This document shows, in pieces, positions 1 to 9,545 of a DNA stretch of 64,000 nucleotides. This stretch comes from a virus. The stretch is from positions 15,849-79,848 of the IMG/VR virus record IMGVR_UViG_3300047496_000262; one strand, given 5' to 3'. The notes below the pieces were generated by a model, which did no database searches, was not told the origin of the DNA, and saw only the letters and a program-made list of their open reading frames with translations. Within the stretch, counting starts at the first letter, position 1. Every line of letters begins with the position of its first letter. The position numbers and the translations under genes were made by a program.

Positions 1-408
1 CCTGGGCGACGGATCGGCCAGCGTGGTGTTCCACCTGACCCGCCGATACGGTTGCAGGCACCCGCCCAGAATGCTGTCGGTCAGGTTCCATGAGGCCAGC
101 ATCTCGCCGACATCGTTGACGATGTTCGGCTCGAACAACCATGCGCTGGCGACGAAGGATTCCTGGATCGGCCGGGGCAGCGTTCGCAACACCGCATGGG
201 CGTGTGCCGATAGCTCCAGCGCCATCTGCGCCATCCGCACGAGAAACGAGCGGCCCGGACGGTCCTGATCGTGGATCCGCATGATCGTGTCGATATCGCC
301 GAACAGGGTCAGCACCGAGGCATCCAGCAGGGTTAGGTACCAATCGCAGCCGAGCCCGTCGATGGTGTATTGCACGTCCGGCGGCAGCGGGGCGGCGCGC
401 GGTTGCAT
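1..408 (-). CDS. hypothetical protein (runs off the left edge)
   Basis: Open minus-strand frame from ATG at 408 (MQPRAAPLPPDVQYTIDG...) with no stop before the window edge; abuts the stop of the 410-784 gene. Confidence 0.5.
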   Translation of the reverse strand, partial: MQPRAAPLPPDVQYTIDGLGCDWYLTLLDASVLTLFGDIDTIMRIHDQDRPGRSFLVRMAQMALELSAHAHAVLRTLPRPIQESFVASAWLFEPNIVNDVGEMLASWNLTDSILGGCLQPYRRVRWNTTLADPSPR

Positions 409-409
409 C

Positions 410-784
410 TCAGCCGCCGGCCATCGGCTGTATCGCGATGCTTTGGCCGCTGGCGACCTCCCGGGCGGTCTTGGCCTTGCTCTTTACCGTCGGTCGCTTG
501 GCCGGCTCAGGCGCGTTAATCGTGGTCACGCCAGCCATTTCGACCATATCGGCGAAATCCTTGTCATGGACCGCCAGTGCCCGCAGCCGGAACGCGTGTT
601 CGGCCTTGTCCAATTCGGTTTTCAACGGCGGTGCCAGCCCGCCCATCCGCGGCTCGACTAAGAAGAACACGACGCCCTGGGCCATTTTCTTTTCGATGAT
701 CGCCAGCATCATGGCGTCCTGTTCCTCGGTCCAGACGATGGTCACATCGCCCAGGCGGTTCAGGTAGGTGGTGGAGCGGAGCAT
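410..784 (-). CDS. hypothetical phage protein
   Basis: 124-aa ORF with an AAAGGGAAG RBS, tightly packed in the leftward operon. Confidence 0.65.
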   Translation of the reverse strand: MLRSTTYLNRLGDVTIVWTEEQDAMMLAIIEKKMAQGVVFFLVEPRMGGLAPPLKTELDKAEHAFRLRALAVHDKDFADMVEMAGVTTINAPEPAKRPTVKSKAKTAREVASGQSIAIQPMAGG

Positions 785-799
785 GGGCTTCCCTTTCGT

Positions 800-2239
800 T
801 TACGGGCGGACCGTGAGTTTCAGCGTTACGGTGTTGCAGTAGGTGCCGGAGGCGGCAAAGCTGGCGGGCGGCAGATCGTGGAAACGGCCCCCCATCTTTT
901 CGACCAGCGCCCGGAACGCCACCGATTTCTTGGTCTGGCGGAACTCGGTTCCAGCCGACATGACCGAGACCAGGATGCCGCCCGGTTTCAGGAATTTGAG
1001 CGCGTGCAGGACGTGATCAATATCCCGTTCCAGATCGAAGGGCGGATTCATGACCACCCGATCATACTGCCTGCCCGCGGTGGGTTCGACCGCAAGGAAA
1101 TCGGCGAACTGCACATGCCGGTACAGCCCGGTTTCGTCCAGCAGCTTGGCCCGGCTGACCTCGAACTCGATGCAATCAACGAAGCAGCCGTTCTCCACCG
1201 CCAGCCGGGCCAGTGCCCCCTCTCCGGCGCTGGGTTCCAGCACGGTCAGCGGGGCCTCGGATTTGTCCGGCCATGCGCGATAGAGCGCCGCTTCTTCGAT
1301 CACCACCTTGGCGACGGCCGGCGGCGACGGATAGAACCCGTAATTCTTGGCGACCGCGCGCTTGGGGTTGTCGAAACCCGTCTCCGCGGTCGGGCTGCGC
1401 TCCTCGGGGATGGGTGTGTCGTAATACTCGCCCAGGATCTTGTTGACCTTTTCCAGCAGGTCGTCGCGCTTGAACCAGAGATGGGCGTTACCGTTCATAT
1501 AGGTGTAGCAGCGGAAGTATTCGGTTTCGCTGACACCCTGGCGCCGCCCCCAGCCGGCGCCACGATCCAGATCAATCCGATGGATCAGGCTCATCGGCTG
1601 GCCTTTATCATCGTCCAGAACGCGCATGGCGCGCTCCACGTCGATGATCTGGTCGCAACCGCGATAGTTCCAGTGTCCGCTGTCGTTCAGCGCGTGGGAG
1701 ATGATGATGCGCGAGCCGATCTTCCAACCGTCATGTGAGCGGAACCGCCGGTCCAGGCTGGAAAAGCAGGTAGCGATGCCGCGCCGGAAGATCATATCCG
1801 CATCGGCGGCGAAGGTCTGGAGCGTGGCGATCACGTTATCGACCGTGACCTCGGGCGGATCGGTGCCCAGTTGTGCCCGTAACTGGCGCTTGGCCGTGGT
1901 GTCCATCAGGCTTTCGAGGCCGGTGATTTCGATAATGTGCGCCCAGACATCGGTGTCGGTCAGGCGCTTGGCGGTCGCCAGATACTTGGCCCGGTCCGGC
2001 ACGTCGATATGGGCGATGAAGTTTCTCCGTTCGGCCTCTTGCACCAGATTGTAGCTGTTGGTGGCCGATGGGTAAGCCATCTTGGCCGCCGCCCGCATGG
2101 CCTCGGCCGTCGCCGTCAAGGCGTCGTGCGCCCGCTCGAACAGGACCAGCGCCTGATTGCGGCGGCTGACCAGTTCCTCGATAGTCGGGCGCGGGACCAG
2201 GGCGCCATAGGTGGGGTTGCGGTCAGAACCGTCAGGCAT
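800..2239 (-). CDS. DUF4942-domain DNA amino-methyltransferase
   Basis: C-terminal motifs GFYPSP, LEPSAGEG (motif I) and VVMNPPF (motif IV); the N-terminal part (RRFRSHDGWKIGSRII, YMNGNAHLWFKR) is typical of DUF4942. Start set at MPDGSD (GGAG RBS). Confidence 0.85.
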   Translation of the reverse strand: MPDGSDRNPTYGALVPRPTIEELVSRRNQALVLFERAHDALTATAEAMRAAAKMAYPSATNSYNLVQEAERRNFIAHIDVPDRAKYLATAKRLTDTDVWAHIIEITGLESLMDTTAKRQLRAQLGTDPPEVTVDNVIATLQTFAADADMIFRRGIATCFSSLDRRFRSHDGWKIGSRIIISHALNDSGHWNYRGCDQIIDVERAMRVLDDDKGQPMSLIHRIDLDRGAGWGRRQGVSETEYFRCYTYMNGNAHLWFKRDDLLEKVNKILGEYYDTPIPEERSPTAETGFDNPKRAVAKNYGFYPSPPAVAKVVIEEAALYRAWPDKSEAPLTVLEPSAGEGALARLAVENGCFVDCIEFEVSRAKLLDETGLYRHVQFADFLAVEPTAGRQYDRVVMNPPFDLERDIDHVLHALKFLKPGGILVSVMSAGTEFRQTKKSVAFRALVEKMGGRFHDLPPASFAASGTYCNTVTLKLTVRP

Positions 2240-2499
2240 TATCGCGCACTCCTTAGATATCGGCATTCGGCCTCGTCCCACTGATCGGCCGCAATCCGGC
2301 GCTCCGCCATGCCGTCGCAAGCCGCGTAGGCCTCTTCGAGCGTGTCGTACCATTCGGTCGGCCAGTGCGGCGATCCCACGAGATTGGAGGACCGGCCCGC
2401 CAGCACCCATTTGCGGGCTTGGCGGCTAAAATAGCCGCCGGCCTTGGCAACCATACGGCGCATGTGCGTGCGGCTGGTGAGGGGCTTGCTCGTGCTCAT
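2239..2499 (-). CDS. hypothetical protein
   Basis: 86-aa ORF coupled to both neighbours by overlapping start/stop codons. Confidence 0.55.
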   Translation of the reverse strand: MSTSKPLTSRTHMRRMVAKAGGYFSRQARKWVLAGRSSNLVGSPHWPTEWYDTLEEAYAACDGMAERRIAADQWDEAECRYLRSAR

Positions 2500-2732
2500 G
2501 ACCGCGTACTCAGGAAAAGCATTTCAAATCGGCTCTCCTCATCCGACGTGAGCCGACGGGAGAGCGCCACCGTGCCGTATCGGTACCTTGATAGCGGCAA
2601 CTCCGGCCGATTGACGGAGATACCCCATGGCTGCTCTACATAGTCCCAAGTAATACCGGGAGGCAGCGTGACCGTGGAGCAGGGCCGCAACGCTGGTACA
2701 TAGAGATAGGGAAGATCGGCTGGCGCGCTCAT
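2496..2732 (-). CDS. standalone DarA C-terminal-like (defence against restriction) domain protein
   Basis: 78 aa, YLYVPALRP..TLPPG...RYRYGTVALSRRLTSDEESRFEM; matches my recollection of the DarA_C pattern (Y..RP....P.G...R(Y/H)G...Y.R.LT..E...(Y/F)EL). ATGA overlap with the upstream gene. Confidence 0.55.
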   Translation of the reverse strand: MSAPADLPYLYVPALRPCSTVTLPPGITWDYVEQPWGISVNRPELPLSRYRYGTVALSRRLTSDEESRFEMLFLSTRS

Positions 2733-3496
2733 GGCGACACCGGGATGATGAAATAGGACGGCCTGCCGGTCTCGCCGTGGTCCAGCCGATAGATCTCGTC
2801 GCTGGAGCAATCGGCTTCGATGGCCTCGCGGGCGGCATCGGCGTTGGCGAACACCTCGGCATCCGACCAATCGTAGCTGTTCCAATCGCCAGCCGTGCTG
2901 GTTAAGCACCTAAAATCATCGCCGTCCGAATAATGGCTCTGTCTAATGACCGAGCAGGGGCCGTCGCACACCGCATCTTCCGCGTGGGTCAGTTCATCCG
3001 TTCCGACCACAGAGGCCCGCATCAGCGGGTCGCAATCGTCTGCTGGCAGCAACCACACGGCCAGCCCATCCTCATGGTCCGCCCTCGTGCTGGTCGTTCC
3101 GTCCAGAGCCGCACCGAACGCGCGGCGGCCGGCGGCGCCCATCTTGTCGGGATACAGCGTCACCGCCGAATCAGGTTCGTGCAGAACGGCGATCAGGGGC
3201 CAGCGCACCACCTCGTCATGCAGGTAGCGCATCCAGCCGATCATGCCTTGCTGGGTATGGTGCTCCCATATATCAGCGGGCCAGCCCAGTTTCAGCGAGG
3301 CGCGGAGAAAGCCGGTGAAGCAGGCCGGGCCATTCTCAACCACATCCAGCATGGCCTCCTCGACCTCGGGCGCCTCCAGCGCCTCAATGCCGTAGACGAT
3401 CTCCAGCGGCGGCAGCGTGCGATCGTCGGTGCCCAGCACCAGCGCCAGGCCGCCGCCGTCATCCTCGTACAGCCTGGCTTCTGTGATCTTTTGCAT
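2729..3496 (-). CDS. hypothetical acidic protein
   Basis: 255-aa ORF preceded by the AAAGGAAACCGACC-ATG leader. Confidence 0.65.
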   Translation of the reverse strand: MQKITEARLYEDDGGGLALVLGTDDRTLPPLEIVYGIEALEAPEVEEAMLDVVENGPACFTGFLRASLKLGWPADIWEHHTQQGMIGWMRYLHDEVVRWPLIAVLHEPDSAVTLYPDKMGAAGRRAFGAALDGTTSTRADHEDGLAVWLLPADDCDPLMRASVVGTDELTHAEDAVCDGPCSVIRQSHYSDGDDFRCLTSTAGDWNSYDWSDAEVFANADAAREAIEADCSSDEIYRLDHGETGRPSYFIIPVSP

Positions 3497-3530
3497 GGTC
3501 GGTTTCCTTTCGTGAAAGAGCGGTGTTGGA

Positions 3531-3851
3531 TCAAGGGCCGCTGGTGCAGATCATGAAGCCCAGCAACTTACATTCGCGCTCGACCGCATCAATCATCTCT
3601 GGGTCTTGACCATCGCGCACCACGGGAACCGCATCGGAACCATCAATGTCGGCGCGATAGACAAAATATCCGCTTCGATTACTTGCGGGATGATGATGCC
3701 CCCTTTCATAGGTGTGATTATGCTCGCCGATTGAGGCGTCGAGCGCGGCGGCGTATTCCATCGGCGTGCCGGTGAAGATCTTGCCATCCAGGTCGGCGCT
3801 ATCGCCGAAAATGAAACCCGAGTGGTTGTCGATCAGAATGTAGCGAGCCAT
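3531..3851 (-). CDS. hypothetical phage protein
   Basis: MARYILIDNHSGFIFGDSAD..., with a GGGAGA RBS before the ATG at 3851. Confidence 0.65.
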   Translation of the reverse strand: MARYILIDNHSGFIFGDSADLDGKIFTGTPMEYAAALDASIGEHNHTYERGHHHPASNRSGYFVYRADIDGSDAVPVVRDGQDPEMIDAVERECKLLGFMICTSGP

Positions 3852-3883
3852 TTTCCGTCTCCCTGTTTCCGTTCGATCTGTTG

Positions 3884-4303
3884 CTAAAGATCGGTGTTGG
3901 TCATGATGGTAATGACGGGCTCGCCGCGGTCGCCCGGCCCCACGTCGATCCACAGGCGGTGCAGCATCGGTTGCGCGTGATCCGGTTGCAGGACGCGCAC
4001 TGAGAACTGCGCCCGGCGTTCCGCCGATTTCCGGCGGCGTTCGGCGCGGAGTTGCAGGGTTGCCATCCAGATCACATTGCGCAGGCGACCGGTTTCCGAT
4101 TGCCCCACCATGTGCGGCGGCAGGGGGGTGGGCAGCGCCACGCACCGCGCCCAGGCGGTATCGGTGATGCAGGTGTGCCAGCGCAGGCCCAGCGGCACCG
4201 CCTGTTCCGTGATGTCGATCAGCACGCCGCCTTCGATGGCCTGCCGGCGGGTGTACGCGAAGATCAGTGGCGCATCGGCCAAGGGGTGATTGATCGGATC
4301 CAT
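3884..4303 (-). CDS. DUF6573-like protein
   Basis: Motifs YTRRQAIEGGVLID, GQSETGRL.NV.WM and GPGDRGEPVITIM. Confidence 0.7.
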   Translation of the reverse strand: MDPINHPLADAPLIFAYTRRQAIEGGVLIDITEQAVPLGLRWHTCITDTAWARCVALPTPLPPHMVGQSETGRLRNVIWMATLQLRAERRRKSAERRAQFSVRVLQPDHAQPMLHRLWIDVGPGDRGEPVITIMTNTDL

Positions 4304-4328
4304 GATGGTCGGTTTCCTTTAAGAAAGA

Positions 4329-4354
4329 CGGGCGCCGGTATCGTCCGGCGCCCG
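4329..4354 (-). terminator. putative intrinsic terminator
   Basis: 10-bp perfect stem CGGGCGCCGG/CCGGCGCCCG followed by TCTTTCTT on the minus strand, just after the 4365-5540 gene. Confidence 0.45.
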
Positions 4355-4364
4355 CTGATGGTGA

Positions 4365-5540
4365 TCAGGCCAGCACGGAAGCCTTGCGGTAGCGCTTGCT
4401 GAGAGTCCGCTCGTAGACCGAGGGGACCGGCGCTTCCGGTTCGGCCGCGGTCGGTTCCGCCGCCGGTTCATCCGCATCCGGGGTCGGATCGACGACCGCT
4501 TGCGGCTGGGCGGCCGCTTCTTCTTCCGCTTCCGGCACGGGTTCCGGCACGGGGGTCGCTTCCGGTGCCGGTGCCGGGGCCGCCAGACGCGGTGTCGTGC
4601 CCTCCAGAATCATCTGGATGCGCTTGGCATAGTCCGCGGCTTTTCTCAGGTGCTCATCGCGAATGACCCGGGGCAGATCCATGTTCTCCGCTTGGGCCAG
4701 ATTGCGGGTTTCGTGCGCGCGTAGTGCGGCCAGGGTGCCCTTCATGGCCGGTGCCAGCAAGGCCACCGTCTTTACTTCCACCGGCTTATCGTAGCGCAAC
4801 GGCATCAGGATCAGCGCCGCATTGGGCACCCCGCCGAAGGTGATGACCGTCGGATCCATCACATTGGATTGCCGCATCAGGTTGACCGAGGTGGCATTCA
4901 GGACGGTTGCCAGCGAGCCCACATCTTTCAGATAATTTTGGTTGAAGCTGACGAAATCCAGCGGTTCCGAATGTTCAGCACCGCTCATGTCGATGCCGCC
5001 GATGACGTGGTTGTAATCTGGGAAGGTGCCGTGCACCGGCGCCATCCGCAGCGCGATCTCGTTCCAGTAATCGGTGACCTCCAGCTTGGCCGCCTTGTCG
5101 CCATAGCCGATGCGGCAGAACACCTGCAGGCCGCGCTGGGTGCTTTCCTTCAAGAGCTTGAACCGGCCCTTGAACAGCCCCAACGGGACGATAACGCCCT
5201 GGTGCAACCACGACGGCAATTCGTCATCCACATCGGGATCGAACGAGGCGATGAACAGGCGATGCCCATCGGTCGAGACCACCCGCACCACACCGTCATG
5301 CGCGTGCAGAAAACAGCCGTTCAGGTAGTACCGGGTTTCTTCCGTCGAAGCGCATGACATTGCCGCTTCGATCAGGTGGAGCGGCGCGTTGATATAGGAC
5401 AAGGGCTGCACCCGCTCCGCTTGCGGCTCGACCGGGGCTTCCGCGACCGGGTCCTGGTCGGCGACAAGACGAAAATCGTCCGCACCATCATCTGTGATGG
5501 CAGCGGCAGCAACATTGGTATCGGCATCGAAGGGTGACAT
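4365..5540 (-). CDS. DNA polymerase III beta-clamp-like protein with a Pro/Ala/Glu-rich tail
   Basis: ASTEETRYYLNG, VVSTDGHRL, GTFPDYNHVI and SFNQNYL match DnaN middle and C-terminal domain motifs; domain I appears absent. Confidence 0.75.
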   Translation of the reverse strand: MSPFDADTNVAAAAITDDGADDFRLVADQDPVAEAPVEPQAERVQPLSYINAPLHLIEAAMSCASTEETRYYLNGCFLHAHDGVVRVVSTDGHRLFIASFDPDVDDELPSWLHQGVIVPLGLFKGRFKLLKESTQRGLQVFCRIGYGDKAAKLEVTDYWNEIALRMAPVHGTFPDYNHVIGGIDMSGAEHSEPLDFVSFNQNYLKDVGSLATVLNATSVNLMRQSNVMDPTVITFGGVPNAALILMPLRYDKPVEVKTVALLAPAMKGTLAALRAHETRNLAQAENMDLPRVIRDEHLRKAADYAKRIQMILEGTTPRLAAPAPAPEATPVPEPVPEAEEEAAAQPQAVVDPTPDADEPAAEPTAAEPEAPVPSVYERTLSKRYRKASVLA

Positions 5541-5608
5541 GGAGGGTTCCTTTACAGTTGGGTTACCGCTTGAGGAGCGGTGCCGGGCGCAACGCTGGCC
5601 GGCAGTCT

Positions 5609-5637
5609 TTTATAGCAGAATTTTCGCGCGAACGCAA
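5609..5637 (-). promoter_or_regulatory. sigma70-type promoter for the leftward early operon
   Basis: TTGCGT-17 nt-TATAAA on the minus strand; overlaps the palindrome TTCGCGCGAA. Confidence 0.65.
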
Positions 5638-5665
5638 CAGGAAACGACAGCAAGGGATGATTGTT

Positions 5666-5694
5666 TTGACTATGATCTACTTTGGAGGCATTCT
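5666..5694 (+). promoter_or_regulatory. sigma70-type promoter for the ParB/MTase/terminase operon
   Basis: TTGACT-17 nt-CATTCT, divergent from the 5609-5637 promoter. Confidence 0.55.
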
Positions 5695-5833
5695 CCACCT
5701 TGTGCAGACCTCGCCCCCGGTGCGCGGCATGCGCATGAGACCGCGAGATCCGCATCAGAGCGCGACAAAGGATGATCGGTCGGATATTGTCGCGTCCGTG
5801 CCAATTGATTGCGCGATGAAGGGATAATCGGCG

Positions 5834-6550
5834 ATGGCGACACGGGCTATGGGACCAGCCAGGCGATCTGCCAAGGCCGCGATGGCGACAGAGGCCGAAC
5901 CAGACGACGTGGTGATCGCCGAGCCGGTTGATATGGCGCTGCGCGAACCGATTGATGAGCCGCTGCGCGGGCCGACCCATGTGCCGCTGCGGGCGATTAC
6001 CAAGCTGCCGATCAACGATCTGGTGGCGAACCCGCGCAACGCCCGTAAGCACCCGGCGGCGCAGGTGGCGATGATGGCGAAATCGCTGCTGAAATTCGGC
6101 CAGACCCGGCCCATCCTGGCGCGCGCCCAGAACCGCATGATCATCGTCGGCCATGGGTTGTGGACCGCGGCCAAGGATGCCGGCCTGACCGATATCGACG
6201 TGATCCTGTGGGATGTGGATCAGGCGACCGCCGATCAGTACATGGTGGCCGATAACCGCTTGGGCGATCTTAGCAAGGATGATCCGGACCTGTTGGGTGC
6301 GTTGCTGCGCGAGGCGCCGGAGGCCGATCTGTTTTCCATGGGGTTCATGGCGACCGATCTGGATGCCGCGTTCGGCCAGATGGAAACCATCCTGATCCAC
6401 GAGGTGGAGGCGACCCCGGTGCATGACCGGTTCTGGATATCAGTCAAGGGCCGGTTGCGCGATCAGGCGCGGGCGCTGGACCGGTTGCGCCAGTTCCTGG
6501 CCGACATGCCCGAGGTCGAGGTGGAACTTGGCACCGTGACGTTGGACTAA
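5834..6550 (+). CDS. ParB/Srx N-terminal domain protein
   Basis: NPRNARKH..QV....SL.KFGQTRPIL, IIVGHG and MVADNRL. Confidence 0.85.
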   Translation: MATRAMGPARRSAKAAMATEAEPDDVVIAEPVDMALREPIDEPLRGPTHVPLRAITKLPINDLVANPRNARKHPAAQVAMMAKSLLKFGQTRPILARAQNRMIIVGHGLWTAAKDAGLTDIDVILWDVDQATADQYMVADNRLGDLSKDDPDLLGALLREAPEADLFSMGFMATDLDAAFGQMETILIHEVEATPVHDRFWISVKGRLRDQARALDRLRQFLADMPEVEVELGTVTLD

Positions 6551-6556
6551 CCCGAC

Positions 6557-7210
6557 ATGGCAGCGAAGCGGCGGCAGGATCTGGGCACCAATATGCTGGA
6601 CCAGACGGCCAAGACCAACACCCACCCGGCGGCGCGGCAAGCGAAGATCGCCCTTCGCGAACGGGTGCTGAACGCGATCGGCCCCGACCGGTCGATCGTC
6701 TTCGATGCGTTTGCCGGCGATGGCGAGATGTATCGCGGCATCTGGCACCGCGCGGCGCAGTATGTCGGTTGCGACCGGAAATGGTACCGCGACGAGCGCA
6801 CCGCCTTTGTCGCCGATAACCGGCGGGTGATGCGGGCGATGAGTGCCGCCGATCTGAAGCGCTTTACCATCTTCGATTTCGACCCGTATGGCGCGCCCTG
6901 GTGGCAGGTGGCGATCCTGATCCAGCGCCGCCGGCTGGATCCCGGCGAGGTGTTGGGGCTGGTGCTGACCGAGGGCAGCGGGATCTCGCTGAAGATGGGC
7001 CATATATCCGGCGGGTTGCAGTTCCTGACCGGGGTGCGCGAGGGCGTGGCGGGCGGATCCATGGCGCATGAGGAACTGGTGGATATGGCACTGACCCAGA
7101 CCGCGCGCCGGATGCAGGCCCGAATCATCAAGCGTTGGCAGGGCCGTGGAAAAACCGGTGCATCCATGCGATATATCGCGGTGCTACTGGAGGGCATCCA
7201 GCCGGAATAG
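6557..7210 (+). CDS. SAM-dependent methyltransferase-like protein (DPYG motif)
   Basis: VFDAFAGDGEM (motif I) and FDFDPYGAPW (strand-4 motif). Confidence 0.7.
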   Translation: MAAKRRQDLGTNMLDQTAKTNTHPAARQAKIALRERVLNAIGPDRSIVFDAFAGDGEMYRGIWHRAAQYVGCDRKWYRDERTAFVADNRRVMRAMSAADLKRFTIFDFDPYGAPWWQVAILIQRRRLDPGEVLGLVLTEGSGISLKMGHISGGLQFLTGVREGVAGGSMAHEELVDMALTQTARRMQARIIKRWQGRGKTGASMRYIAVLLEGIQPE

Positions 7211-7222
7211 TGGAGATGGGCC

Positions 7223-7576
7223 ATGGCATTGGCGTTGCGCGAGGGTATCAGCACCGATGATGTGAAGAAGGCGATATCGGCCAGTGGTGCCATCCTGACC
7301 CATGCGTCGCAATTGCTAAATGTCGAGCGGCGCGAGTTGGTCGATTATATTGAGACCCACAAATCGGTGCAGAAGCACATTGAGGAGACCAAGGACAAGT
7401 GCCTTGATCTGGCCGAGACCATGCTGATGCAACTGGTCAAGAAGGGCAATTTCCCCGCCCTGTGCTTCTATTTGAAATGCCAGGGCAAGGACCGCGGCTG
7501 GATTGAGAACGGCCCGGTGACCAGTACCGCGGTGCAGGTGAATGTGAGCATTTCCAAGGAAGAGGCGATGTTCTGA
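7223..7576 (+). CDS. terminase small subunit (HTH)
   Basis: HTH-like N-terminus plus LDLAETML..LVKKGN.PALCFYLKCQGKDRGW; lies directly before TerL. Confidence 0.7.
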   Translation: MALALREGISTDDVKKAISASGAILTHASQLLNVERRELVDYIETHKSVQKHIEETKDKCLDLAETMLMQLVKKGNFPALCFYLKCQGKDRGWIENGPVTSTAVQVNVSISKEEAMF

Positions 7577-7577
7577 G

Positions 7578-9545
7578 ATGCCCGCCCGTGGTGCCACGCT
7601 GGGCGAGCGGCGACTGGCCGCCAAGCGGCGGCAGGAGATCGAAGCCTATCTGCTGGACCATCCGGAGGAACGCGCCAAGCTGGATGCGGTGCAGGCAAGG
7701 CGCGCCGCGCTGTTACTGGCAAGGGATGAGCGCCGCAAGATCGCCCGCGACGCCAAGGTGGCCGCCCGCGAGGCCGCCAAGGCGCTGAAACCGGTCAGGC
7801 CCAAGCCGGAACCAAAACCCAAGCGCACCAAGAAAACCGCACCCGACCCGGATGCGCCGAAGCGCGGCCCCAAGCCCGACCCGAACTCTAAGGCCGGCAT
7901 CGCCCGGCGCGAGGCGGAGGAACGCAAGGCGCTCAGGGCGGCCACGCGGAAGATCGAACGCGCCCAGATCCGCCGCGAGAAAGCCGCCGCCCATGCGCGC
8001 CTGATGCGCCAGAAGGCCCGCGACCAACAGGCGGCGGAGGAAGCAGCGGCCGAACGCCTGAAAGCGGAAGCGCTGGCCGAGGAGGCCCGGATCCGCGAGG
8101 AGCGCGGGCTTGAGGAAGAATCGCCCCGCCAGCCCATCGCCGATAACGAGGGGGATCTCGACCCCAAATTCACGCCCGTGCGCGACGGCAAGAAGCTGCC
8201 CCTGCCGCCCGATGTCTGGACGCCCAATCCCGGGCAGAAAAAGGCGATCAAGCTGCTGACCGGCCGGCAGCGCCACACGCTGATCTATGGCGGGGCCCGG
8301 TCGGGCAAGACCACGCTGTTGCTGATCGCCATCGTGACACGGTGCCTGCTGGCGGCCGGATCCCGGCATGTGATCGTGCGCTCGACCTTTTCCGAGGTGA
8401 AGCGATCAGTGTGGGTGGATACGTTCTATAAGGTCATGCGGACCAAGTTCAAAGGCGTGACCTTCCGCGAGAACAAGCAGGACCAGTTTGTCGAGTTCGC
8501 CAATAAATCCACCATCTGGTTCATCGGCCTGGACAAGAAGGAGCGCGCGGAAAAGATCCTGGGCATGGAGTTCTGCACCATTTTCTGCAACGAGTGTTCG
8601 CAGATCGCATATCCATCGGTGATGCTGGCGCTGACCCGGTTGGCGCAGGTGTGCTTTAAGGCCAATGGCGAGGTTCTGCCCCAGCGGGCCTATTACGATC
8701 TGAACCCGGCCGGCACGCAGCACTGGACCTATCTGATGTTCGTCTTGAAGATGGACCCGCTGGACAAGCGCCGGGTGCTGGATGAGCCGGACGATTATCA
8801 GTACACCACGATCAACCCCAGCCAGAACGTGGCGAACCTGGATCCGAAATTCCTGCAATCGCTGGAACGGATGCCGCCGCGGTATCGCGCCCGGTTCTTT
8901 GAGGGCACCTACCAGAAGGAAATCGACGGCCAGCTATGGACCATCGAGGCGCTGGCAAAGGCGCGCTGCCAGCCCGAGGACGTGCCGCCCGGCTATAAGC
9001 GCATCGTGGTCGCGGTCGATCCCTCCGGTGCCGATGGCAGCGAGGAGAAGCGGTCGGATGCGATCGGCATCGTGGTGGCCGGCCTGGGCTATGACGATAT
9101 CGCCTATGTGCTGGAGGATGCGACGATGACCGGCGGCCCGGCGGATTGGAGCCGGGTGGTGATCCGGCTTTACGATCGATGGAACGCCGACCGGATTGTG
9201 GCGGAATCGAATTTCGGCGGCGAGTTGGTGCGCTATACCATCAAGACCCGGGACCGGCTGGCGAATGTGCATCTGGTGCGGGCCAGCAAGGGCAAGGTGG
9301 TGCGGGCCGAACCGGTTTCGACGCTCTACTTCGCCCCGCTGGAGAATGTGCGCCATGTGGGCGAGTTTCCGGAACTGGAGGAGGAGTTGCTGAACTTCTC
9401 CACCGCGGGCTATCAGGGCAGCCGCAGCCCGAACCGGGCGGATGCGCTGGTCTGGGCCTTGTCGGATCTGATGGTGCAGGGCCGGCCCCATTGGGCCACC
9501 GAGCGCCCGCCGCAGCCCCGGTCGATCCCGATCTTTGCCCGGTGA
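7578..9545 (+). CDS. terL: terminase large subunit with a ~200-aa charged N-terminal extension
   Basis: Walker A GGARSGKT, Walker B IFCNECSQ, coupling motif DLNP, nuclease motifs VVAVDPS, AESNFGG and SPNRADALVW. Confidence 0.93.
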   Translation: MPARGATLGERRLAAKRRQEIEAYLLDHPEERAKLDAVQARRAALLLARDERRKIARDAKVAAREAAKALKPVRPKPEPKPKRTKKTAPDPDAPKRGPKPDPNSKAGIARREAEERKALRAATRKIERAQIRREKAAAHARLMRQKARDQQAAEEAAAERLKAEALAEEARIREERGLEEESPRQPIADNEGDLDPKFTPVRDGKKLPLPPDVWTPNPGQKKAIKLLTGRQRHTLIYGGARSGKTTLLLIAIVTRCLLAAGSRHVIVRSTFSEVKRSVWVDTFYKVMRTKFKGVTFRENKQDQFVEFANKSTIWFIGLDKKERAEKILGMEFCTIFCNECSQIAYPSVMLALTRLAQVCFKANGEVLPQRAYYDLNPAGTQHWTYLMFVLKMDPLDKRRVLDEPDDYQYTTINPSQNVANLDPKFLQSLERMPPRYRARFFEGTYQKEIDGQLWTIEALAKARCQPEDVPPGYKRIVVAVDPSGADGSEEKRSDAIGIVVAGLGYDDIAYVLEDATMTGGPADWSRVVIRLYDRWNADRIVAESNFGGELVRYTIKTRDRLANVHLVRASKGKVVRAEPVSTLYFAPLENVRHVGEFPELEEELLNFSTAGYQGSRSPNRADALVWALSDLMVQGRPHWATERPPQPRSIPIFAR

